Positions 28,611 to 37,832 of a DNA stretch of 54,402 bases are shown piece after piece. Both the position numbers and the translations under genes were made by a program. A model generated the notes under the pieces. The model saw nothing but the letters and a program-made list of their open reading frames with translations. It ran no database searches and had not been told where the DNA came from. Positions within the stretch are counted from its first letter, which is position 1. Each line of letters opens with the position of its first letter. Origin of the DNA: Acidobacteriota bacterium (GTDB lineage Bacteria > Acidobacteriota > UBA4820 > DSQY01); NCBI GenBank assembly GCA_049967655.1, contig JBMFSH010000018.1:1-54402 (forward strand), in the 5' to 3' direction.

Positions 28611-29309
28611 TTACCAGGGTAAGCGTTCTCCGTCGAATTGGAAGAAGCCGCCGCTCTCCTTCATCGTGAGGCCATCCAGGACGCGACGCATGCCGGAGAC
28701 GCTCTCCTCCACGCCGGTCGGAGCCTGCGGACCGCCCATGTCGGTGCGCACCCAGCCGGGATGGAGCACCACCGAAATGATCCCCTTGCCCTTGAGATCG
28801 ACGGCCAGGCTCCTGGCGACCATGTTGACGGCGGCCTTGCTGGACCGGTAGAGGTAGTGGCCTCCGGAGCCGTTGTCGCCGATGCTCCCCATGAGGCTGG
28901 TGACGGTGGCGATGATCCTTCGTGCGCCCCTCTCCACGTTGGGAAGAAAGGCCTGGGCCATGAGGAGGGGAGCGATGGTGTTGACCTTCAGCACCTCGAT
29001 CCAGGCCTCCGGTTCCGCCGACCCCAGGCCCTGCTCTTCGGGGCCGTAGACCCCGGCATTGTTCAAGAGGATGTCGATGGGCTGCTCTCTGAGGCTTTGC
29101 GCCAGATGGAGGATCTCCTCCGAGTTCCGCACGTCCAGCCCATGCACCTGCACCTCTTCCCCGTGCTTCTCCCGAAGGTCCATGAGGGCGGTGGAGCCCG
29201 GCGGGCGCTTGCAGGTGGCCAGCACACGCCAACCCGCCTCGGCATACTGCCGCGCGAACTCCAGGCCGATGCCCCGGCTGCAACCCGAGATCAGGATCGT
29301 AGGCCTCAT
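28611..29309 (-). CDS. SDR oxidoreductase, CsgA/C-factor-like
   Basis: GCSRGIG, NNAG, SLMGSIGDNGSGG.Y.YRSSKAAVN, HPGWVRTDMGG. Confidence 0.92.
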   Translation of the reverse strand: MRPTILISGCSRGIGLEFARQYAEAGWRVLATCKRPPGSTALMDLREKHGEEVQVHGLDVRNSEEILHLAQSLREQPIDILLNNAGVYGPEEQGLGSAEPEAWIEVLKVNTIAPLLMAQAFLPNVERGARRIIATVTSLMGSIGDNGSGGHYLYRSSKAAVNMVARSLAVDLKGKGIISVVLHPGWVRTDMGGPQAPTGVEESVSGMRRVLDGLTMKESGGFFQFDGERLPW

Positions 29310-29526
29310 ACTCTCTTCCTTGCGAAAAAAGTCATTCACCTCTTCAGAGCGATGAAACGCCGTAAGCGCTCAATGTATTGTAATGCATGGGACAGGCCTG
29401 TCCAAAATCCCAAATTCTGCGATTCCATCGCGGAATTTGCGAAGAGGTCGACCCCTTGCTTAGGATCTCCGTAGCTTTTATCCTAGGGGTGAGTTGCAGC
29501 GTCTTCCCCCTTGGAAGGAGCTTTCC

Positions 29527-30510
29527 TTGGACGAAACCAGAAAAACTTCGGACCATTCAGGATCAGCGCGCCGGATTCCATCCCCGGCGCACCCCGTGAA
29601 GAGAAAGGACCCGCTTCCGTGGCAAAGGCCCAAGCCCGAGGAGGAGGATCCGGCGGCGCGGCAAAGGGTGGAGGCCATCGTGCGCAGCGCGACCTACCGC
29701 CAAGCCGATCAGGATGTGGATTTCCTCGGGCTGGATGCGACTCGGGGCGTGCGCCTCCAGATCGATTACCTCAAAACCGAGCAGGAGTTGGAACGGCAGA
29801 ACATCGAGCATACCATCGTGGTCTTCGGAAGCACCCGCATCCGCGAACCCGAAGCGGCCCGCCGCTGCGTCGCGCAGCTGACCGAGGCCCTGCGGGGCGA
29901 TCCCGAGGACGAGGGCCTCAGGCGCCGCCTGGAGGTGGCCAAACGCCTGCTGGCCAAGAGCCGCTACTACGAGGTGGCGCGGGAGTTCGGCAGGATCGTG
30001 GGGGAGGCCGGCAAGAGGGTGAGGGACGGCCAGCTCATGATCATGACGGGTGGGGGACCGGGCATGATGGAGGCGGCCAACCGGGGTGCCTTCGACGCGG
30101 GCGCCCGCTCCATCGGCCTCAACATCACGCTTCCGCACGAGCAGTATCCCAACCCGTACATCACGCCGGAGCTCTGCTTCCGGTTCCACTATTTCGCGCT
30201 CCGGAAGCTCCATTTTCTCTTGAGGGCGAGGGCCCTGGTCGCCTTCCCTGGGGGGTACGGCACCTTCGACGAGCTCTTCGAGACGCTGACCCTCATCCAG
30301 ACTCGGAAGATCCGGCCCCTTCCGGTGGTGCTAGTGGACGAGGAGTACTGGAGGAAAGCCTTTAACGTCGATTTTCTAGTGGACGAAGGGGTCATCGACC
30401 CCGAGGACCGGGAGCTCTTCTGGTACGCCGAAACCGCTCAGGAGATCTGGCGGGGGATCCTCCATTGGCACGAGGCGAATGGGACTCCGCTGGTGGCGGC
30501 AGAGGGCTGA
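29527..30510 (+). CDS. LOG family (TIGR00730) nucleotide phosphoribohydrolase
   Basis: VFGSTR, TGGGPGMMEAANRGA, EQYPNPY, FALRK, PGGYGTFDE; TTG start inferred from AAGGAG SD (uncertain). Confidence 0.9.
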   Translation: MDETRKTSDHSGSARRIPSPAHPVKRKDPLPWQRPKPEEEDPAARQRVEAIVRSATYRQADQDVDFLGLDATRGVRLQIDYLKTEQELERQNIEHTIVVFGSTRIREPEAARRCVAQLTEALRGDPEDEGLRRRLEVAKRLLAKSRYYEVAREFGRIVGEAGKRVRDGQLMIMTGGGPGMMEAANRGAFDAGARSIGLNITLPHEQYPNPYITPELCFRFHYFALRKLHFLLRARALVAFPGGYGTFDELFETLTLIQTRKIRPLPVVLVDEEYWRKAFNVDFLVDEGVIDPEDRELFWYAETAQEIWRGILHWHEANGTPLVAAEG

Positions 30511-30641
30511 TGACGGGTGCTTTCGGCATGGGCGGGAAGCATCGCCTTCGTCCAGAAAAATGCGCATTGTTCGGTACAGACTGTGTTCATGAACTTCGCG
30601 CTCGGATCGGTTGAAGCTAACATTGTGGGCAGGAGATTTGG

Positions 30642-33017
30642 ATGAATGCACACGTTAGAAGGCCGCTGTTCGCGCTCGTGATCGTGTTCGCCCTGGTAGC
30701 TGCGGTGGCGCCCGGCGTCCAGGCGGCTAGGACTCACGGGGGCTCTCCCCTCGTCATCGACAACAGTCAGACCGTCGTGCTTCCGGGCAACGTCTATCCG
30801 CTGGCCCGGCCGGAGTACGACGCGGGGCCGGCCTCGCCGTCGCTCCCCATGGACCGCATGATCCTGGCCCTGAAGATGAGCGGGGAAAAGCGGGCGGCGC
30901 TGAAGAAGCTTCTGGCCGAGCAGCAGGATCCCTCCTCGCCCCTCTACCATCAGTGGCTTACGCCCCAGGAATTCGGGGCGCGGTTCGGGGCCGATCCGTC
31001 GGTTCTGGCGGCCACGGAGAGCTGGCTGCGCTCCCAAGGTTTCCGCATCGACTCGGTGGCCAAGGGTGGACTCTGGATCAATTTCAGCGGGGACGTTCAG
31101 AGCGTGGAACGGACCTTTCATACGAGGATTCACGAGTACCTCGTGAAGGGCAACTGGTACCACGCAAACGACCGCGATCCCTCTATCCCGGTCGCTCTCG
31201 GCCCCTACGTGTGGGGCATCGTCTCCCTCAACGATTTCCCGAGGAAGGCCATGCACACTCCCTTCCGCCCTGTGGAGCCATCCCAGATCACCCCCGAGTA
31301 CACATCCTCCACGGGAAACCACTACCTCGCGCCGGCCGACTTCGCCACGATCTACGACCTGACGCCGCTGTACAGCTCCGGCATCAACGGCGGCGGCGCC
31401 GCCATCGCCATCGTGGGGAGGACGCACCCCTCGACCCTGCTCACCGACTGGAGCTCCTTCCGCAGTAACTTCGGCCTCTCCACCGGTACCCTGAACGTGA
31501 TCGTCAATGGCACGGACCCGGGAGACTTGGGCCAGAACGAGGACTTCGAGGCGGACCTGGACGTGGAGTGGTCGGGGGCGGTAGCTCCCCAGGCCACCAT
31601 CGACTTCGTCATTTCAGCCTCCACGAACACGGCGGACGGCGTGGATCTGTCGGCCCAGTACATCGTGGATAACAACATCGCTCCGATCATGAGCACGAGC
31701 TTCGGCCTCTGCGAGGCGGACCTCGGGAGCGCCGGCAACGACTTCTACGACAACCTCTGGATGCAGGCCGCCGCCCAGGGGATCACCTCGCTCGTGGCCG
31801 CCGGCGACAACGGCGCGGCCGGCTGCGACAACGCGAGCGCGAAGACGGGCACCGCCGTCGCCGTCAGCGGCTTGGCCTCCACTCCCTACGACGTCTGCGT
31901 GGGCGGCACGCTCTTCATGGACTCCTCGGACCCAGCGCAGTACTGGAGCACGACGAACAATCCGACCACCTTTGGGTCTGCCCTCTCCTATATCCCCGAG
32001 GCGGCGTGGAACGAGAGCGGGGCCTCCACCACCTGCCCCACCGGCGACACCTGTTCGAACCTCTACGCCACGGGGGGAGGGGCCTCTACTCTTTACTCCA
32101 AACCGGCCTGGCAGGTCTCTCCCGGCGTGCCCGCCGACGGCATGCGGGACATCCCCGACGTGGCCCTGAACGCCGCCACCTACGACGGCTACATCGTCGC
32201 CTCGGGCGGGAAGCTGTACATCGCCGGGGGCACCTCGGCCTCCTCGCCCTCCTTCGCGGGCATCATGGCGCTGGTGGTGCAGAAGACCGCCGAACGCCAG
32301 GGCAACGCCAACGTTCGCCTCTACCAGCTCGGCAACGCCCAGTACACGGGGAGTGGGCCCGTCGTCTTCAACGACGTCACCACGGGGGACAACTCCGTGC
32401 CGGGCGTCACGGGTTTCTCGTGCGGCCCGGGCTACGATCAGGCCACCGGATTGGGTTCGGTGGACGGCGCCGCGCTCGTGAACGCCTGGTCCGCCAGCAA
32501 TTGTTCCACCATCAACCTTTCTCCTTCCTCGCTTCCCAACGGCGCCCCCGGAACCGCCTACAGCCAGAGCTTGACGGCGAGCGGCGGAACCGCCCCCTAC
32601 ACCTTTGTCGTAAGTTCGGGACCTCTGCCATCGGGCTTATCCCTTGGAGCCGATGGCGTACTGAGCGGAACGCCCACCGCCGATGGAACAAGCGGATTTG
32701 ACATAACGGTCACGGACTCACGGGGTTGCAGGGGACTCGGTTCCTACGTCCTGGCCCTCGTGAACCCACCCGTCATCTCCGGCGTCAAGAAGGCACCCAA
32801 TCCCTTCAGGCTCATAGTGAAGGGGAGCAACCTGCAGTATGGCATTCAGGTCTTGATCAACGGGAGCCCCTACAGCGATGTGAAGTGGAAGAACACGGGT
32901 AAGCTCGTCATTAAGGGGGGCAAGAGCCTCAAGAGCCTGGTCCCCAAGGGAGCCACCACGAGCTTCACTTTCATCAACCCGGACCAGGGCACGGTCACCT
33001 ACTCCTGGAGCTGGTAG
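30642..33017 (+). CDS. Secreted S53 (sedolisin/kumamolisin) peptidase with prodomain, Ig-like module and C-terminal beta domain
   Basis: Signal peptide; prodomain YHQWLTPQEFGARFG; catalytic EADLD, AAGD, GGTSAS; Ca-site GYDQATGLGS; Ig-like LPSGLSL..GVLSGTPT. Confidence 0.93.
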   Translation: MNAHVRRPLFALVIVFALVAAVAPGVQAARTHGGSPLVIDNSQTVVLPGNVYPLARPEYDAGPASPSLPMDRMILALKMSGEKRAALKKLLAEQQDPSSPLYHQWLTPQEFGARFGADPSVLAATESWLRSQGFRIDSVAKGGLWINFSGDVQSVERTFHTRIHEYLVKGNWYHANDRDPSIPVALGPYVWGIVSLNDFPRKAMHTPFRPVEPSQITPEYTSSTGNHYLAPADFATIYDLTPLYSSGINGGGAAIAIVGRTHPSTLLTDWSSFRSNFGLSTGTLNVIVNGTDPGDLGQNEDFEADLDVEWSGAVAPQATIDFVISASTNTADGVDLSAQYIVDNNIAPIMSTSFGLCEADLGSAGNDFYDNLWMQAAAQGITSLVAAGDNGAAGCDNASAKTGTAVAVSGLASTPYDVCVGGTLFMDSSDPAQYWSTTNNPTTFGSALSYIPEAAWNESGASTTCPTGDTCSNLYATGGGASTLYSKPAWQVSPGVPADGMRDIPDVALNAATYDGYIVASGGKLYIAGGTSASSPSFAGIMALVVQKTAERQGNANVRLYQLGNAQYTGSGPVVFNDVTTGDNSVPGVTGFSCGPGYDQATGLGSVDGAALVNAWSASNCSTINLSPSSLPNGAPGTAYSQSLTASGGTAPYTFVVSSGPLPSGLSLGADGVLSGTPTADGTSGFDITVTDSRGCRGLGSYVLALVNPPVISGVKKAPNPFRLIVKGSNLQYGIQVLINGSPYSDVKWKNTGKLVIKGGKSLKSLVPKGATTSFTFINPDQGTVTYSWSW

Positions 33018-33042
33018 GGGAATCCCCCTCCGATACGGTCCC

Positions 33043-33085
33043 AAGGGGGCGGGCAGGAAGCCGAGCGCTCTTCCTGCCCGCCCTT
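33043..33085 (+). terminator. Strong hairpin after the S53 gene (probable terminator)
   Basis: 14-bp perfect stem GGGCGGGCAGGAAG / CTTCCTGCCCGCCC with 9-nt loop; short T tail. Confidence 0.65.
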
Positions 33086-33093
33086 CATCTATC

Positions 33094-33316
33094 ATCATGG
33101 TTGTCCAAAATAATTTCAGCTTGCGATTGAGCAGTTGGCTTCGCTTTTCGCTGCAAGCGAAAAGCGGCGTTCCGGCGCCGATGGGCCTGCAGACGGAGCG
33201 CGGCCACGCTTGCGCGGGCGCGCCCGGACCAGGCCCCCAGCGCCGCGCCAAAGGCGCGGCCCAGATCCAGCCGTGGTTCGGAGTCGGCAAGGCGCTCTAT
33301 TGTAGACAGGCATGAT
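33094..33316. mobile_element. MITE-like non-autonomous element
   Basis: Imperfect 19-bp terminal inverted repeats (15/19); internal hairpins; right part repeated at 13854-13926. Confidence 0.55.
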
Positions 33317-33341
33317 CCATCATCTGTCATCCCCCTCCCCC

Positions 33342-33432
33342 AAAGCAGAGGTCCGCCCGAAGGCGGACCGTGCTGAGGGAGGGAGGTATGGAAAGGAGGA
33401 GGCTGAGGAGCGGTGTGGCTGCCGCCCTCTAT
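33342..33432 (-). ncRNA. Candidate small RNA with CU-rich anti-SD tract
   Basis: 5' hairpin, unpaired CCUCCUCCUUUCCAUACCUCCCUCCCUC, terminator stem with cUUCGg loop then UCUGCUUU; promoter-like TAGACA and TAACCT upstream. Confidence 0.5.
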
Positions 33433-33710
33433 CAGGTTAGACGGATGGAGCCGAACTCTGTCTAGGGGGCCGGGAAGATGCCGGTCTAATCTCACTTGGG
33501 CGAGGCCCGGTGGTGGTCGGCGAAGGACCTCGCCGGAAGGGAGGCACGAGAGGCCCCCGCCTCCCCATCCGACCCGGCCACCCTTCAGACCATGCCCGGG
33601 TCGGGCGGAGGATGGCTCGTTTTGCCCCTTTTCGCCATCACCCTCGGGCCATGAGCTTGAATTACCTCCACCAGCCGTGCTTACTGGCGCCAATGAGCTA
33701 GGAGGGGCCG

Positions 33711-34934
33711 ATGAAGACACTGGTGGTAAACTGCGGGCTTTCTTCGATGCGGTACCAGCTCTTCGACATGGAGAGGGAGACCGTCGTGGCCAAGGGCCTT
33801 GCCGAACGCATCGGAACGGCGGGGGCGATCCTCAGGCACGACTCCATCGGGCTCGGCAAGATCACCGTTCGCTCGGGCATTCCCGACCACGCCGCCGCCG
33901 TAGAGGACATGGTCGCGGCCCTCAAAGACGAGGAGTACGGGGTCGTGAAGGAGGTGGACGAGATCGCGGCGGTGGGCCACCGGGTCGTCCATGGGGGAGA
34001 GAAGTTTTCGGACTCGGTGATCATTAACCAGGAGGTTCTCGACGCCGTCAAGGAATGCATCCCCCTGGCACCGCTGCACAACCCCTTGAACCTCATGGGG
34101 ATCGAAGCGGCGCAGAGGTTGTGCCCCGGCGTGCCCCAGGTGGCCGTGTTCGACACCGCCTTTCACCAGACCATGCCCAAGTACGCCTACCTGTACGCCA
34201 TCCCGTACAAATACTACGAAAAGCACGCCATTCGGCGTTACGGGTTTCACGGCCTCTCGCACCAGTATTCGGCCAGCCGAGCAGCGGAGATCCTGCAGCG
34301 CCCCATGGAGGAGCTCAGGATGGTGACCATCCACCTGGGTAACGGATGCAGCCTCACCGCGGTGAAGGGAGGGCGCTCCCTCGATACCTCCATGGGGACC
34401 ACTCCCCTGAACGGACTCATGATGGGACAGCGGAGCGGAGACATCGATCCCTCCCTCATCCCGCTCCTCGCCGAGATCGAGAAGACCGATTCGATGGGAG
34501 TCCTGACGATCCTCAACACCGAGAGCGGGCTGCTCGGGGTCTCCGGGGTCAGCGAGGGCATGCTGGAGCTGGAACAGGCCATCGAAGCCGGAAACGAGCG
34601 GGCCGCCGTGGCCCTCGACATGTTCTGCTACCGGATCAAGAAGTACATCGGCAGCTACGCCGCCGCCATGGGCGGGCTGGACGTCATCGTCTTCACGGGC
34701 GGTATTGGGGAGAACGACCCATTCGTGAGGGAGCGCTCGTGCTCGGAGCTGGAGTTCATGGGAGTGGAAATCGACGAAAAGCGCAACGGCTCCGAGGGCT
34801 CGGAGAAGATCATCAGTAGGGAGGGCAGCCGCGTCTCCGTTCTGGTGATCCCGGCCAACGAAGAGCTGATGATCGCCAGAGAGACCCTCCGCCTGCTGGG
34901 GAAGCCGGCGCCGAAGGCGCGGCCCGAACATTGA
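33711..34934 (+). CDS. ackA: Acetate kinase family protein (divergent motifs)
   Basis: GHRVVHGG, LAPLHNP, VAVFDTAFHQT, RRYGFHG, HLGNG, FTGGIGEN, NEELMIA. Confidence 0.92.
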   Translation: MKTLVVNCGLSSMRYQLFDMERETVVAKGLAERIGTAGAILRHDSIGLGKITVRSGIPDHAAAVEDMVAALKDEEYGVVKEVDEIAAVGHRVVHGGEKFSDSVIINQEVLDAVKECIPLAPLHNPLNLMGIEAAQRLCPGVPQVAVFDTAFHQTMPKYAYLYAIPYKYYEKHAIRRYGFHGLSHQYSASRAAEILQRPMEELRMVTIHLGNGCSLTAVKGGRSLDTSMGTTPLNGLMMGQRSGDIDPSLIPLLAEIEKTDSMGVLTILNTESGLLGVSGVSEGMLELEQAIEAGNERAAVALDMFCYRIKKYIGSYAAAMGGLDVIVFTGGIGENDPFVRERSCSELEFMGVEIDEKRNGSEGSEKIISREGSRVSVLVIPANEELMIARETLRLLGKPAPKARPEH

Positions 34935-34941
34935 GCATGCC

Positions 34942-36177
34942 GTGAGCGATCCGTCCATTGTGGTGATCGGCGCAGGTGCATCGGGTCTCATGGCGGCCAT
35001 CTGGGCCTCCGGTGCAGCGGGTCGCCGGGTGGTCCTGCTGGAGGGCACGAGAGACGGCGGGCGAAAGATCCTGATGAGCGGAGGGGGACGCTGCAACGTC
35101 CTTCCCTCGGTCCCCGCGCCCGAACGGTTCGTCACCGAATCCTCGCCCCACACCCTCCGCCATCTCCTCCGCGCCTGGCCCTTGCCCGAACAAGTGCGGT
35201 TTTTCGAAGAGGAGCTCGGCCTGAGACTGGTCCTGGAGCCGGAGACGGGCAAGCTCTTCCCGGAGGGCAACAGGGCGAGCGAGGTGCGCGAGCGCCTCGT
35301 GAGCCTCGCCAGGCTTCGCGGGGCCGAGCTGCGGTTCGGCCTCCGCGTGGCCCACCTAGTCCCCTTAGGGAGCGGGTGGAGGCTGGCCCTGGCCGACGGC
35401 TCCGAAATGGCCGCCGCGCGAGTCGTACTGGCAACGGGGGGGCTCTCGGTGCCGGCCACGGGGAGCGACGGATGGGGCTTCGAGATCGCGCGGCGGCTCG
35501 GGCACACCGTCCGCCCCACCTATCCGGCGCTCACGCCCCTCACGGCCGAGCCCGCGGTGCACGCCCACCTCGCCGGCGTGTCCCTTGCGGTGACCCTCGA
35601 GGCCCCGGCGGGCAAGAGAAAAACCGTGGCCCGAGGAGGGTTCCTCTTTACCCACAAGGGCTACAGCGGTCCGGCCCTCCTGGACATCTCCCACACCGCG
35701 GTGCGCAGTCTGCTCCACGGCGGCCCGAGGCAGGAGATCTACGTGCGGTGGACCGACCTGGATGGACCTTCCTGGGAGGGACGGGTCCTACGGCACAGGG
35801 GGCCCATGGAGGGGCTGATCGCCAGGCACCTCCCCGCGCGCCTGGCCGAAACTCTGTGCCGCGAGGCGGGGGTGGGGCCGGAGGTGACGGGGGCACAACT
35901 CCGGCGGGAGCTGCGGCTCCGCCTGATCGGACTCCTCACGCGCTACCCTCTCCCGTGGACGGGCGACGAGGGGTACACCAAGGCGGAGGTGACGGGCGGG
36001 GGGGTGGACCTGGCGGAGGTGAATCCGCGCACCCTGGAGAGCCGAATTCACCCGGGGCTCTATTTCTGCGGTGAGGTGCTGGACGCATTCGGCCCCATTG
36101 GCGGGCACAACTTCCAGTGGGCCTGGGCCACGGGGAGATCCGCCGGACTGGCCGCGGGGACTGCCGGGGACGGGTGA
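34942..36177 (+). CDS. HI0933/YhiN (BaiN-like) flavoprotein
   Basis: IGAGASG, GRKILMSGGGRCN, ATGGLS.P.TGSDG, LFTHKGYSGP, AEVTGGGV, GE.LD..G.IGG.NFQ. Confidence 0.93.
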   Translation: MSDPSIVVIGAGASGLMAAIWASGAAGRRVVLLEGTRDGGRKILMSGGGRCNVLPSVPAPERFVTESSPHTLRHLLRAWPLPEQVRFFEEELGLRLVLEPETGKLFPEGNRASEVRERLVSLARLRGAELRFGLRVAHLVPLGSGWRLALADGSEMAAARVVLATGGLSVPATGSDGWGFEIARRLGHTVRPTYPALTPLTAEPAVHAHLAGVSLAVTLEAPAGKRKTVARGGFLFTHKGYSGPALLDISHTAVRSLLHGGPRQEIYVRWTDLDGPSWEGRVLRHRGPMEGLIARHLPARLAETLCREAGVGPEVTGAQLRRELRLRLIGLLTRYPLPWTGDEGYTKAEVTGGGVDLAEVNPRTLESRIHPGLYFCGEVLDAFGPIGGHNFQWAWATGRSAGLAAGTAGDG

Positions 36178-36207
36178 GGGTCTGCCGTAGACCTCCGACC
36201 TCCTTCG

Positions 36208-37650
36208 CTACTTCGTCTCCCCGGCGGTGAAGACCACCCAGGGCTCGGAGGGGCGGCTGGGAAGGATCTCCCTCATCCAATCGAACTGCGGGTGCGCTTC
36301 AAGGAACTTCGCGGCGTCGAAGGCGCGGCCGCAGGGGGCGCCCCAGCGCGCCGCGAAGCTCATCTTCTTGGCCATGGCGCTGTCCAGGACCTTGGCGTCC
36401 ACGCTGCCCGACGGACTGAAGGGTTCGCCGAATTTGGGATCCGCCTCCAAGTCGTTGTGGGCGCAGAGGGTCCTGCTGTCCGGCTGGTCCTTTCCCAGAT
36501 AGGGGTCCAAGTGGTCCGCCTCGAAGGCCTCGGCGAGCTTTACGTCGATCCTGCCGGCGTACTGCTTCATGAGCTGGTGCCAGCGGACGCGGCGCGCCAC
36601 CCCCGAAAAGCGGATGTCCGTCTCCCTTTCCCCCGTCTCGAAGCGCAGGATCTTGGGATCGACGGCCACGTTGGAGCCCGTGAAGTAGCCGTCGCGCTTC
36701 TTCTGGAAGCCGACGTACTTGAGGCCCAGTTCCAGCCTCGCGATCTCGCCGGTGTTCACGTTGCCCAGCAGCCAGGCGTTGGCGTAGCCGCCGTTATTCC
36801 CCTCTTTCATCATGGCGCACCACTGGTCGATGGAGCCGGCGTACTGGGTGGCGCGACGCATGCGGACGAATTCGGGAACGCCTCCGGCCTCGTAGTCCTC
36901 GAAGTCGCCGAGAGTCGTCTCCAGACCCACCAGGCCCGCGTCGGTCACGAAGAAGTCGGTGCCACTGTGGATCCAGCCCGGATAGGTCTGCATGAGGATC
37001 CGGTGTCCCTCCTCCGGAGCGATGTCCAGAATCACGTCGGGCAGGGGATAGCTGTAGTCCTGCATGCTGTTGTGGGCCATGACGATGCCGTGGTCCGCGG
37101 TCATGCTGCCGGTGGCGATGAAGGCGCTGCAGCCCTCCTGAAGGGGCGGCGTGGCGGCTCCCTTCTTGAGCTTCTTCCGCTCCTTGGGCCACCAGTACCA
37201 GCTCAGCTCGTACATGGCGTTGTAGGTGAGGATCTCGTCGCGTGAAGCGTCCACGCCAGCGGCCCGCATGCCTTCGGCGATGCCGCCGAGTTCGGCCAGG
37301 TATTCGGGCGGCACCTTGGCCGTGAACATGGCCGAGGCCCTCTTCACGAGCCAAGCCCAGGGCATGGCGGTCTGGTACTCCCAGGTGAGGCGGTCGCCCG
37401 TCAGCCCCTGGGCGATTTCGGGCGCCAGGAGGTAGCCGTACTGAAAGCCGCGCTCGCGCGGCCCTCCCTCGATGTGGAGGTAGATCCAGCCAGCCTTCTC
37501 GTGGCGCTCGGCCTTGGCGAGCCAATTTCGCTGAGGTGCGGCGAGATGCGCCGCGGGGGTTGCGGCGGGCATCACAACCGGAATCAGGAGAGCGAGCCAA
37601 GCCAGTACCAGCAAGCCACGGCCAAACCCCATCGCGCGCTTTTGAGCCAT
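36208..37650 (-). CDS. Secreted Ntn-hydrolase (peptidase C45 / phospholipase B-like)
   Basis: Signal peptide; GGPRERGFQYG; autoproteolytic nucleophile CSAF followed by AHNS; NNGGYANAW. Confidence 0.82.
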   Translation of the reverse strand: MAQKRAMGFGRGLLVLAWLALLIPVVMPAATPAAHLAAPQRNWLAKAERHEKAGWIYLHIEGGPRERGFQYGYLLAPEIAQGLTGDRLTWEYQTAMPWAWLVKRASAMFTAKVPPEYLAELGGIAEGMRAAGVDASRDEILTYNAMYELSWYWWPKERKKLKKGAATPPLQEGCSAFIATGSMTADHGIVMAHNSMQDYSYPLPDVILDIAPEEGHRILMQTYPGWIHSGTDFFVTDAGLVGLETTLGDFEDYEAGGVPEFVRMRRATQYAGSIDQWCAMMKEGNNGGYANAWLLGNVNTGEIARLELGLKYVGFQKKRDGYFTGSNVAVDPKILRFETGERETDIRFSGVARRVRWHQLMKQYAGRIDVKLAEAFEADHLDPYLGKDQPDSRTLCAHNDLEADPKFGEPFSPSGSVDAKVLDSAMAKKMSFAARWGAPCGRAFDAAKFLEAHPQFDWMREILPSRPSEPWVVFTAGETK

Positions 37651-37832
37651 CGTCGCCTCCTGAGAGCGGCCGCCGCCCGCCCCTCCGGGAGCGGACGGCG
37701 GTACCAGCCGCCATTCTGGTTCCAGAAGAGACCGGCGTCCAGGGGTCCATCGGAAGGCGGGAGCGGAAAGATTTCGCTCCCGTCACCCGGTTGAATCGGC
37801 CGGCTACCACACCTTCGCGAGCCGTCCTGTCC

